The translations under genes were made by a program, and so were the position numbers. Below are positions 12,740 through 24,747 of a DNA stretch of 64,000 bases, in pieces. How positions within the stretch are numbered: the stretch's first letter is position 1; every line of letters starts with the position of its first letter. The stretch comes from Marsupella aquatica. Lineage: Eukaryota; Plantae; Marchantiophyta. The notes under the pieces were generated by a model. That model saw only the letters and a list, made by a program, of their open reading frames with translations. It ran no database searches and had not been told where the DNA came from. Location of the stretch: contig OZ316896.1 in the NCBI GenBank assembly GCA_973895155.1, positions 186,001-250,000 on the forward strand, in the 5' to 3' direction.

Positions 12740-12895
12740 GTAATGTGAATTTTTTGCATGGACATTAGTGAGGGGAAGGATGTGTAATAAAGTAATTCTG
12801 AAGCAACACAGATGTATGGATGGATGCCTGGTGATTGTGGTTGCATTGTGTTATACGGGGTGACCATAGATGACATGTTTTTGTGGTCCAGTAGG

Positions 12896-15800
12896 ATGGA
12901 ACAGAGTGACACAGAGATGTGTGAGTATGAAAGGAAAGCTATGGAACAACGAGCATACGTGAAAGCCAAAATCGCAGAACTGGATCTGGAAAAGGATGTG
13001 GCTGAATTGTAAGGGAACGATTCTCAACTACACCCCTCCGCTGAGTTTGTGTGACATGAATAGTTCAATGTGGCACTGAAATTGTGACTGTATTCTCATA
13101 TTGGAATGTCGCAGAGCCACAGCATTTTCAAAGAAACAAAAGGAGTACGCAAGAAGGGTGACCAGCACTATCTCTGGGCCTGTGCGTCGGAGTGACAGGT
13201 TGAGCAAGAAGGTCGTACCTACAATGGCAGAATGTGGAGATGACATTGATGCTGCACAGGTGGGTGCAGACACTAGACAAGAAGATGCAGATGATGAGTA
13301 TTTTCCAGAGGAAATGGATGAGGATGGGGGTTATGAAGATGAATACATTGCAGAGCAGCCCCAAAAGAAACATGTAAGTAGTTTTTCCAACAAGGTTTTG
13401 AGTTAAAAACTCTTGTTTAGAGGTTTTATATGTTCAGTACTACACATATGTACCTTGCTTAGTTCCTGACATTGTAGTTGGTGATGTGATGCAGCGTCCT
13501 GCCAGTTCTGTTTTGCCTTCGAAGCCTGTGCATGCACCATACCAGCAGGGGGGCTGACCTCTGATCAAGGTTGGCAAGGTGGTAGTAGTGGTAGATCCCA
13601 GGCTGGTGCCCAATACTATGGCAGGGGGCAAGCTCTAGGTTATGCCCGTGGTAGAGGCAGAGCAGGTCCAAACCCACAATCTCGTGGGTATGGACGTCCA
13701 CCTCAACCATGGGGATGTGAGTATATATCTATATGCCAGTTCTTTGTGAAGGCATGGCACTCCTGAATTTCAGACTGCATATCAATTTTTGACATTGTTT
13801 GGGATGTATTGGATTCAGACAACATGAAATTCTGTCCACCTGCCATTGCATGCAGATTCTGCCCAACCTGATTGGGCAAATGCTAGTAATGATCAGTTCC
13901 AATGTCCACAAGGACAGACATGGGTTGAACCAGGTTGGGAGGATGGTGGTGGGTCGTGGAATGAACAAGGTTGGGAAGGTGGTGAAGGTAATTGGCAGGG
14001 ATATCAAAATTCAGTACCTACAAACGCTGGAAGAGGAGCAGGTAATGTCTGATCTTGTTAGCAATGGAAGAACTCATTATATGTGGAGTCCATTCACGTG
14101 GGGGGGACTCTGCACATGTATAATGATAGAAAATGTATGTGTGCAGGTTGGACAGTCGAACCATCGACTCAAGTATTCACTAATGCCCCTATGCAGATGC
14201 AGCACGGAAGGGGGACAGGTATGTCGGTGAATGTTCAGTTGTTTTCCTACAGTTTGTACTTAGTTTTCAGTACATATGTTTGCACACACATACCTAGAAA
14301 GTGACATCATCCGGCCCCTGTACTAGGCTGGACAGGTGGTCCAGGGTCGCAACAATTTCAGAGTGCAGTCCCTGCACAGGCATCTACAGGCAGAGCTACA
14401 GGTATGTATGTTTGAAGAATTTTTCTTGAAGTGAAGCATTGAATGTTGCCGTCATCCATTCTGCTATATGTAGTTCTCAAGCATGAATGGCATTGTATTT
14501 TCCCAGGTGGCTTCAGAACCCCAGGTAGGGTGAATGAAGGGGTGGCCAATACAACGCCCAGTACTACCGAGAGCAGTGCACGAGGGGAGGTGACAAAGAA
14601 AGGGAACGTAAAGTTGAATGAGAGACAATGGGTGGATGCTGAGTGTCCTCGCAAGAACCGATGGCATGCTGATTTGAAAGCTGAAGTATTGCGTTGGTTA
14701 GATGTGAGTGTTATTAATTTTAAAAAACAGCATCCAAAAGATTGGAAGACTGTATGTGAAAATGTTGCTGCCAAATGGAATTATGTGGGCAGTGATGATG
14801 GCGTGGACATAGGTTGCCTAGAGAGTACAACAGGTAAAATTATCAAGCAAGAGAGGTGGAGAATGCATAAGGCTTGGAAGGAAGGTGGGGAGAAGCCAGA
14901 TATGCCTCCACCAGCCAGTTGTGATGATAAAGTGTGGGCAAGGTTAGTAGCTTATTTTGTAACAGATGCTTCAAAAAAGAAGAGTTCACAGATGACCGAG
15001 GCCAGGTTGAGTGTTCAGAACCCTAATCTGACAGGAAGGACCGGCACTGCACCGACAGCTAAACGTTTGGTAAGAATGAATGGCCTAGCTATGTAATTTA
15101 TGCTACACTATGTACTATTTTTTAGTGTAAACCCATACATGTAAACTTTGTTTTTTAGTGTACGTTCCCTGAATATTGATCGATAACTTGTGTTTGCCAT
15201 GCATGTGCAGAAAGCCCAATTGGGGCAAAGCCCTTCAAAAGAAGAGTTGAGGGCTGAAATTGTGAACACCCGGGCTCAAGAGGGTGCATCTGAATCCTCC
15301 AAGCATGTAAGTTATATGAGTTCTGATTGGTAATTGAATGACCTGCGTTGAATTTCAGGTGTACACTGTATATAACATTGATTGTGCATATATTGCCCAA
15401 CATTTCATATGGAGTGATTGAACCTATACCCCTGTGTCATGTAGGGAGGTGGATCTTCACTTACAGAGATAAGTGGTCATTTGAAGGCTGTCGAAACATG
15501 TCTTCCAGAGATCAATGAACGTTTGAATTCATTGACTGACTTGTTCCATGTGAACTTCAAGACATTAATGGAAGCTGTTGTGTCGGTGAGAGATAAAATT
15601 GATTCCAATTCTGCAGGAGTTCCACCATCACCACTTGAGGTGACAAAGTCGATGCACTCTTCTGGCATGCCAACGACATGTAGGCTTGAAGGTAAGGCCT
15701 TTACAACTGTGTGGGATATGATTATTAAATGTATAGTTTGAATTGACATTGTTTGTTGAATGTGTTATTTTCAGTAACATATATTGTGGTTATTGTGTCC

Positions 15801-16601
15801 ATAGAGAATAAGACAGGTGCTACAGAGAAGAAGTATGAGAACCTGGCAAATACTCGTTGTAATTTAGAGGCAACAAAGTTGTAGTCTGTACAAGCAACTT
15901 GTTTGACAGAGGGCAGTCAACCATGTTTGGATGAGGATGACATTGGCAAGGGAGTGGATGATATCAATGTTGGGGCAAATGAGGATATCAGCAAGCATGA
16001 CAATGATACCATTGAGCCAGATTCATGCTATGTAGATCTTGACTCCATTGTAGAGATAAATGATTTGTAGAATGTATCATTCTCAATGACAGGTGTGCCT
16101 CTTGTTGAGATAAATCCAACCAAAGAGTTAGTTGGTATGACACTCCCAGGTGATGAACCTGCTACTGTGACAGTCCTAACAGAGGAACCTACTGAGCCTA
16201 GCTTCACTACTGTGAAGAGAGGAAGCATGCGCACACGAAGCAAGTCTGCTGGTGGGAGCAGAGCCACGTCAAAGGTTTCATACAAACCTCCAAGAACAGT
16301 GCTGGCAGAAAGATCTAAGGTGGAAGTGGGGAAAGCACCTAATGCTGAGGGACAAAGTGGCTTGTTAGCTGTTGATGAGAGTGGAACACGAGTAGGATTT
16401 GCCAGAGTGCAGGTTGGTTCCACAACGTTCCATGGCAAGAGGATTCCCCTAGGTTATTCAGTAGTGTTAGTCACATTACTAGTGAAACCTAAAGCTGTCC
16501 TTCCCATTCCAAACACAAATGATAATCCTCCTCAAAAGACACTTGGAGATGCTGCAGGTTCTTTGGTATTATGGCCAAGCAAGTTCATAGAGGATCCATA
16601 A
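12896..16601 (+). CDS. TnpA-like multi-exon CACTA accessory gene (Ptta/En/Spm-like and Tnp1-like C-terminal domains), possibly degraded
   Basis: Exon ~14507-15069 WARLVAYF..KKKSSQMTEARLSV.NP..TGRTG; last exon ..FHGKRIPLGYSVVLV..LPIP...TLGDAAGSLVLWPSKFI; many small GT-AG exons; exact model uncertain. Confidence 0.75.
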
Positions 16602-17099
16602 CAATGTCATGCCATTATTTGTTTGTAGTGTGAGTCATGTTATGTAGATTTTAGATGTCAAGAAGCAGTACAAGAATCATGTCCTCTTGGAGATTCATAG
16701 TATCATGCATGTGCTTTCAGTTATCTCATCCTACAGTCATCAATTATGAGTTCCTGTTTTGTCTAAATTACATTGATCACATTGTAAACTATTCCATTGG
16801 AATTCAAATGATCTTCATTTTTTAGCAAGATTGTGATTGTGTTTAATTCTTATGAATGTTTTATGTAGGATCTGCTTATATGATGCTTTGTTTCATGTGG
16901 ATGTCATTCATGCTATGTTCATTTCTTGTATTCAATGTGTTATATTTCTAAAGTTAGAACATCAGGTTTCTATGTATTGTAATGTCGAGTGCTCTCTCTC
17001 CTTATGAACTGTCCCTCTGTGTTCATTAGTCATGGTTATAACTTGCATGTGAACCTTATTAGTTATAAACATGAGTATATAGAGTCCCAAAATGGTTCT

Positions 17100-17457
17100 G
17101 TTGTGTGACGCGGGCCAGGGTCTCCATTGGTCTCTCCTGTGACACTAAATAGTCACACGCTAGTCGTTGTTGAATGCGGGTAAGTCATGTATGTGACTTA
17201 CGATGTGACTCGCTAAAGTCATATTGCAGTCACATCGAAACAAGACTAGACTCCACAATAAAGTCACAGATCACTCACAAATGGGTATCAAGCAAGTTGC
17301 AAAGCCCAGTATCAATAGTGACTTCCATTTTTTGGTCTCAACTTTTGCAACTCCAAGGGTCACAGCGTGGGTCAAGTCACGTTGAGTCACAATGAAGTCA
17401 CATGAGCCAAAATGAGTCATATATTGCGGTCTCAGTTCACCTCGGATTCTTCTAGTG
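17100..17457. repeat. CACTA subterminal repeats and right TIR
   Basis: About a dozen AGTCA(C/T)/GTGACT motifs in both orientations, then TTCTTCTAGTG. Confidence 0.85.
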
Positions 17458-19266
17458 AAGAGAATGCCTTTGGTGTATCCCGAGAGACAACTGAGGTGCC
17501 TACCATACTCCAGAGGATCCCCACGCCAAGCTGAGCTGATAGAGGTTACCCAGAACCGAATTGTTACCCTTGTGGAGTTACTGGAACCAGACGACATCCG
17601 ACAGCAAGCTTGAAGAAGTCTTTAAGTGTTCTTAGTTAGTTTTTAGAGTAGTACATCTTATCTGATTTTTAGAAATGCGTTCTAGAGCTTTGGAAGCTGT
17701 CATACTTCTTTAGTGTATAGTCTGTACCTAGGAAAACCTCCCGGCAAAATCTCAGAGTTTTCTGACTTATAGTTAGGAAGTTAAAAATAGTTGAATTCAT
17801 CAAGTCTTTACTTTACCGCGGTTACGAGTTACGACTTAGCTTTTACTAGTTTAAGAGTTACTAGTTTCCGATTACGAGTTCCGATAGACAGCCGATTACG
17901 AGTTAATAGTTACTAGTTACGAGTTCATACTTAGCCATTTTTCCGGCTTTTCACTTACTGAATCGCCATTTTAAAATTTTGAAGGGTATGAAGAGGCATG
18001 TCTCTTCGACCCTGTGACCTCTTACTCTGTAGATTTTTACTATAAGACCCCTCCACCACTAGTGTAGATGATGGTTAAGTTATGCATTTTTGCCTTTTCC
18101 TTGTGTTAAACTATGTAAGTAGTGGGTAATTCCAAAAGCATGAAGAAACTGAAAATTTTTAAATTTTGTACGGTGTTTAGACTGCAATTATTGCTAACTG
18201 TAACTGAAACAACATTCAAGGTTACTAAGTTCCTAAGTTACAAGTAAACTCAGTTTATGAGTTTACTAGTTCACTGCTTTACGAGTTACGCTTTACGATT
18301 TGGCGACCCTGTGATCGTGACATCTTACAACTAGTTCAACGGGACTCCACAACGGATGAAGAGGTCACCTTGAAAGGGAAGGAATGCAAGACATAGGCGC
18401 TCATTACTGACTTCTCTTCCACCTTACCTCTCAAACTCTGCCCAGCTTCAACCGGTATTTCAGAGATGTCAAATGGAGACTTCGACCTTTCTATTCTAGG
18501 ATGATGAGTAGTGATGAGTTCCTGTTTCATTATCCCCAAGTATATGCTGCTACCTATAACAACTATGATGTGATCGGGATGTACAGAGAAGCTCTTCGTA
18601 TAGATTCATGTTATTTGATGAAGAGAATGCCTCTGATGTATTCTAAGAGACAACTGAGATGCCTACCTTACTCCAGAGGATCCCCACGCCAAGCTGAGCT
18701 GATAGAGGTTACCCAAAACCGAATTGTTACCCTTGTGGAGTTACTAGAACCATAGGACATCCGACAGCAAGCTTGAAGAAGTCTCTAAGTGTTCTTAGTT
18801 AGTTTTTAGAGTAGTGCATCTTATCTGATTTTTAGAAATGCATTCTAGAGCTTTGGAAGTTGTCATACTTCTTTAGTGTATAGTCTGTACCTAGGAAAAC
18901 CTCCTGGCAAAATCTCAGAGTTTTCTGACTTATAGTTAGGAAGTTAAAAATAGTTGAATTCCCTAAGTCTTTAACAATATCGCAATTACGAGTTACGACT
19001 TAGCTTTTACTAGTTTAAGAGTTACTAGTTTCCGATTACGAGTTCCGATAGACAGCCGATTACGAGTTAATAGTTACTAGTTACGAGTTCATACTTAGCC
19101 ATTTTTCCAGCTTTTCACTTACTGAATCGCCATTTTAAAATTTTGAGGGGTATGAAGAGGCATGTCTCTTCGACCCTGTGACCTCTCACTCAGTAGATTT
19201 TTACTATAAGACCCCTCTACCACTAGTGTAGATGATGGTAAAGTTTAGCAATTTTTGCCTTTCCTT
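17458..19266. repeat. Direct repeat with ~1163-bp period (17458-~18102 matches 18621-~19266)
   Basis: AAGAGAATGCC...GGATCCCCACGCCAAGCTGAGCTG...TATAAGACCCCT occurs twice; internal GAGTTAC/ACTAG microrepeats. Confidence 0.9.
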
Positions 19267-19277
19267 GGTGTTCTGCC

Positions 19278-20735
19278 AGTTGATCATGAATGTTAAGAGT
19301 TCGAGATCAAGCTTGACACCAGGAGAAGACTTTCCTCCTTCTTGTGGTTTAATCCTTTGAATAAATCATGGGAAGTAAAATCCCAATTGTGTAAATCTTA
19401 TGAGATGTGATGACAGATTCCTCTTTGGTGACTCATTACAATCTCCTGAGTTCTTAGAGTTAACTCACTGAGTTTAAGTCTTATTTGAAAGTGATGGATT
19501 TTCTTTCATGTTGCTTAGTACCATCTAAATGTTGAAGTAGACCCTTTTAAGATCTTATCTGAGTACCATTTAGAAAGAAAGGATAAGACATGTTGACGGC
19601 ATTTTAAAAGAGTACTCTAGTAAGCAATTTAGATCTGAAAAGCAATATGGATTTGAATCCTTAAGTCTTTTCATTTTGATTTATGTCTAAGGAGTAACCT
19701 TGGTCTATTCCAAACTCCCTTAGCATACTTTGAGATATTTTTCCTTGTGTTTTGTTAATCATTTCCTTTTCATTAATTTATAGTTACATGATGTTGAGTT
19801 GTCATTAAAAACCACTCACCGCTGTGGAGCGATCTTCAAAATACCTTAGTAAAGTAATCAATCCTGATTACTATGTGTTAAAGAGAGTCTTTAAACTCTC
19901 ATTTGTGTTTTTATGTATCAAATCAACTCCATCTTGTTCTTTACGGGAACGAATACCGAGTTTGAAGACCTATAAATGTGTTTTTGGTTCTTCATAGCAA
20001 ACTACAAACTAGTTGATCATGAATCTATGAGTTCGAGATCAGGTTTAACATTTGGAGAGACTTACCTCCTTCTTGTGTTTTTACCTATGATTATAAACAC
20101 AGGAAGTAAAATTCCTTTTGTGCAAATCTTTTGAGTTGTAATGATAGATTCCTTGTTGGTGACTCATTGCAATCTCTTGAGTTCTTAAAGTTAACTCATT
20201 GAGTTTAAGTCACATTGAAATTGATGGATTTTCTTTCGTGTTGCTTAGTACCATCTAAATGTTGAAGTAGCTACCTTTTAGATCTTATCTGAGTACCACT
20301 TAGAAAGAAAGGGTAAGACATGTTGACGGCATTTTAAAAGGTACTCTAGTAAGCAATTTAGATATGAAAAGCAATATGGATTTGTATCCTTAAGTCTTTT
20401 CATTTTGACTTATGTCTAAGGAGTAACCTTGGTCTATTCCAGACTCCCTTAGCATACTTTAAGATATACTTTCCTGTGTTTTGTTAATCATCCCTTTTTA
20501 TTAATTTACGTTTACACAATGTCGAGTTATCATTGAAAACTACTCACCGCTGTGGAGCGATCTTCAAAATACCTTATTAAAGTAATCAATCCTGATTACT
20601 ATGTGTTAAAGAGAGTTCTTAAACTCTCATTTGTGTTTTTATGTATCAAATCAACTCCATCTTGTTCTTTACGGGAACGAATACCGAGTTTGAAGACCTT
20701 TAAGTACGTTTTTGGTTATTCGTAGCAAACTACAT
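19278..20735. repeat. ~730-bp tandem duplication
   Basis: GTTGATCATGAAT...GAGTTTGAAGACC...TAGCAAACTACA starting at ~19279 and ~20012. Confidence 0.9.
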
Positions 20736-20738
20736 GAT

Positions 20739-20856
20739 CCGCTGTTGCGCTTTCGCTCTGTTGCGCCTTTGCTCCGTTGCGCTTTTCCGCCAAGACGCCG
20801 TTGCGCTTTCACTCCAAAGCGCCGTTGCGCTTTTACGCCAAAATGCTCTTTGCGCC
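20739..20856. repeat. Short degenerate tandem array of C(C/T)GTTGCGC(T/C)TT(T)
   Basis: About six GTTGCGCTTT-like units with 16-24 bp spacing. Confidence 0.8.
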
Positions 20857-21093
20857 CTCGGTCAAACTTGGCAGCACCAATCTTCCTTTCGCACTTCGAG
20901 AACATCGATAGTAGTTTCTTCTTACTCGTCTCACCCCTACCTAATTACTCAGGGTGTTATCCATTAATCTGCCTAACTTAAGTCTTAACCTTACTTATAT
21001 CTGAAAGTAGATTAATTGGCTATGTTTAATCTATTTCTAACTATCAAAAATTTTAAATTTTTTCATTATTTCTAAGTTTCTAATTTAGACAGC

Positions 21094-24000
21094 TATTACA
21101 CCTGGTAACTGGGTTCCCCCAATTGGAGTTGAACCTGATGAAGCCAAGCATTTAAATACTACGACTTGTGTCTTCAGCCGCTCCGTTTGGTTGTCGGCCC
21201 GCCGCTGTAGGTTCTCCATCTTCCTCGTGATTTCCTCCAACTCCTCTTGGGTCTCGTCCAGGTCCTTGCGTGCCTCCTCCAGCTCCTTATTGGCTTCCTC
21301 CAATTCTTTCTTTAAGGTAGCCCTCTCCTCCTGGGTTGCTCTTAGCTCCTTGTCGAGCTCTGCTACGACCACAGACTCCATCTTATTCATCTTGGCATAA
21401 GTCTGGTCGAGCTGGTCGTCCTTTTCACGCAGGTCGGCCTTGAAGCTGGCCGTTAGGGACGCAAGCTCCTGCTGTAGCACAATAATCCCTTGATAGGATT
21501 TCCCTAACTCTGCTTCCTTCTGCTCAAGGGCTCCGCGGATATCTTTGAGCTCTCCTTTCAACGCCCTCTCCCTTCTCTGGTTCTCCGCCATGGCCCGATT
21601 GTTGGTTGCTAAGTGGGCCTCCTCTGCATCCCTTAGCTCCTGCTTCCATTTCTCTCTTTCCTTGACTGCGCCGGCCAACTCTCCTTGGGTCCGAGTCAGT
21701 TTATCTTTGATAATCTGATTGTCAGACTGAGCGGTATCCAGCTGCCCCTGCATGATGTTTAGCTCATGCCGCTTAATCCGCAGCTCATCTTGGGCTTTCT
21801 TGGCCATCTGGAGGACTTCCGCCTTGGCTTCCTTCTCCCTAAGCCGCCGGATGACCTCGTCCTTCTTGCTTCTCTCCAAAGCCACCGCTTCTTCTAATCG
21901 GTGCTTTTCCAACATCTCCCTCTGGAAAAAGGGTCCCTGCTCCAACTCCTCCCCAAAGATGCTGAGCGCCAGGTCCCCACACATCTCCCCGTACTCCATG
22001 GCTCTATCCTTAGCATAGGTGGAGTAACTAGAAGTCATCGGCATCAACCACCGCGGCCTCTGCTCCCAAGCCGCCTTGCGGATTTCTTCTATGGTGGCAA
22101 GAGGGTTGCTTCTTTTTTCGGCAAGCCGCCTGATATCCTCCGGTCAATCTCCTCCTAGTAATTCTTTCTCCCTAGCTAGGGCTGTTTTCTCTTCCTCCCT
22201 AAGTTGCTCCTGAAATTCTTGTGCCGTCTGCTTTATGTCGTCAAAGCTCGGGGGAGCAACCTCTGGTGGGGGAGACTCGGGGCTACTCTGCTGGGTGGGG
22301 TCCCCTCGAACTACTCTTGGAAGCGTGGGGATAAATCGGCCACAGGTCCTTACTCCTGGAACATGATGATCCGACCCATAGCCGGAGTTATCATTGCTAT
22401 AGTCCTCCACCGCCTCCTCCACTGATTGGACTCCCGGCTTCCCCCTCTGTTCCCCTGGTCCTGCCGTGAAAATGGCCTCACAGATCACGGGCTCTTGTTC
22501 CTCCTCTGGTTTCCAGGCTGTCCTCTCCCTCTGCTTTCCGCGGGAAGGAGCCTTAGGCTGCTCTGCCTCCGATTCGGGGCTTGAGGCTCCCACATACATT
22601 TGAACTCCCGGCTTGTGTTCAGGCCTCCCTCTCTCCTTGGCGCCGGTAAAGGGGTCTTCCCTTCTGAGTCGGCTTAGGCCGACCTCTGGGGCAGCGTCTT
22701 GTATCAGTGCCGTTGCCGTTGCCGTTCTCTTTTCCTTCTCCAGCAATTTCAGCAGATTTTGCATGCCTGGTTGCTGCATCGGCAAGTCTTCTTTCCTTGG
22801 CCAAAACACCTGCTCGATCGTTGGACTGTCGGGCTGGTTGGGCTTCTCTGGTGCCGGCCCCTGCTCTGGAACGTCCTCCGGTGCCCTTGCCGATAGGGGA
22901 AGTACTGGGGCAAAGATTTGACTTCTGGCATACCGGCACAACAGCGGCATGTGATAGCCAAGCCGGGACACGCTTCCCACGCCAATCACCTGCTGTTCCT
23001 CCTTCAAGATCTTCTTCAGTTGGTTGAGGAGGTACCCGTTGTAATCCCGGCGTGGGTCTGGCCTTTCTGCCAGGTAGACCTGAGCCTTGCCGATCTTTGC
23101 CCTCGGCAAGTTACAATGCATGGTCACCCGCAAGAAATCGATCATCTCTCCGATGTGTGGGTTGGTGCAGGTGTTTCGGAAGAAGCCATTCTTTGTTGAT
23201 GGTCCTGGGAACGACCAGAACTCCTTGTCAGGTAAGGTCTTCCTGGTATCAACCTTGGTCTTATTACCCATCGGCAAGCCAAACACCTCGGCAATCACCC
23301 GGGGAGTGAGATAGAAATCCTTCCTATACACCCTCGTGGAATTGGTCTCGGGTTCCCATGATCCCACGAATTCTAATAAGTCTGAGTCCGGCACCTCCGG
23401 CTTCAGCCATGGTAATCTTACGAAGGCTTCCAAGCCGGATCCGGCCATGAAGCCCTGGTACTTCTTGGTCTGCATGGCCGTAAAGCATGCATCCTCCCGT
23501 GCAAAGTGTAATTGCACTTCCTCCGGTAGGGTCGCCACCCAGCCTTTCCAGGTGTCATCGTTTGTTGGAATGGCATTGATGGGATCGACCTCTTCCTCTT
23601 CGGCTTCTCCATGCCTCCTGCTTTGCTGCTCTGCTAGCTTCCTTGGTGCCGCCGACCTCGTTCTTTTTGCCGGGGTGGCCTCTTCGTTGTTGTTTCCTTT
23701 CCTCTTCATCTCGGCTGCCGTGGATGTTTCTCCTAGCAAGGTTGCCTTCGTCCACCCCTCCGTGTTACCCTTCAACTCCCAGTGTAGGTCGTTGCAGCGA
23801 TTGATGGCTTCCAGGATGCCGACGATTCTGTTTTCGCAAAACAGAAGGTCGTCGAGCTGATTGGCAGTAGGAGTCCACAAGAACTCGGCCTTGATAAGTT
23901 CTCCTCCTAAGAAAGCCGTCTTCTGCAGTTCCCAGAGCCGAGCGAGCTCCTGCCATTCTCGAGCTGCTCTCTCCGATTCTTCATCCTCGTAAGTCCTGAC

Positions 24001-24371
24001 GTACTCACCTGCCCGTTCGAACAGGCATCCCCAAAAATGTGCCGCAAGGTTGCCTTCGTCCACCCCTCCGTGTTACCCTTCAACTCCCAGTGTAGGTCGT
24101 TGCAGCGATTGATGGCTTCCAGGATGCCGACGATTTTGTTTTCGCAAAACAGAAGGTCGTCGAGCTGATTGGCAGTAGGAGTCCACAAGAACTCGGCCTT
24201 GATAAGACCTCCTCCTAAGAAAGCCATCTTCTGCAGTTCCCAGAGCCGAGCGAGCTCCTGCCATTCTCGAGCTGCTCTCTCCGATTCTTCGTCCTCGTAA
24301 GTCCTGACGTACTCACCTGCCCGTTCGAACAGGCATCCCCAAAAATGTGCCGCTTGATTGACGTTGCTCAT
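21094..24371 (-). pseudogene. LTR-encoded large ORF, copy 1 (frameshifted by a 308-bp duplication, stop at 22144, truncated)
   Basis: ORF pieces 23907..24371, 22144..24063 and 21085..22047 join into MSNVNQAAHFWGCLFE...FVRLPW...coiled coil. Confidence 0.85.
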
Positions 24372-24747
24372 ACCCTCCTTGAGTTGATCGTTGGTATTTG
24401 TTCCAACCCCGAGTGCTTGCCTAAGCAGCTGACAGCATTTGGCCTTCCGTAGTCGTCTGCCCAGTTCGTTCTTGCAAATGAGCCACTATTCCTCGCGAGC
24501 GGTCCTTACCCCTCTCCTCCTCTTCTTCCCTCCCGTTGGTCACCCCTAGCCACCGATGCTAAGCGCGCCCTAACCCTAATTGTGTTCTCTCCCCCGGCGT
24601 CCTTAATTCCTGCCTCGGCCCGGGTTCCATAGTCACCCTTAATTGTTTATATTTTCCTTTGTTTTTGTTCCTATACTAAGGTGTTTCTAGGGTACACTCC
24701 TGCTTTACCATGTAAACCGGCCTAGTGATTCCTGGCTAGGCATCACA
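21094..24747 (-). repeat. 3' LTR (truncated distally) of element 1
   Basis: Begins TGTGATGCCTAGCCAGGAATCAC at 24747 on the - strand, 3 nt after the PPT; collinear with the other LTR copies. Confidence 0.92.

Larger units (their letters stand above)
1..17457 (+). mobile_element. CACTA (En/Spm) DNA transposon, left end outside window
   Basis: TnpD-like and TnpA-like genes; the element ends ...GGATTCTTCTAGTG at 17457 (reverse complement CACTAGAAGAATCC) after dense AGTCAC/GTGACT subterminal repeats. Extension all the way to base 1 is inferred. Confidence 0.85.

Noticed and set aside
18299-18315. TGGCGACC as a PBS
   Set aside because: No adjacent LTR CA terminus or downstream gag.
21085-22047. 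Host myosin/SMC/tropomyosin-like gene
   Set aside because: The coiled coil is part of the multi-copy LTR ORF; no motor or ATPase motifs.
23336-23860. Antisense ORFs recurring in each LTR copy (also 37926, 62203, 35494)
   Set aside because: Ser/Phe/Leu-rich shadows of the purine-rich sense ORF; they recur only because the DNA is repeated.
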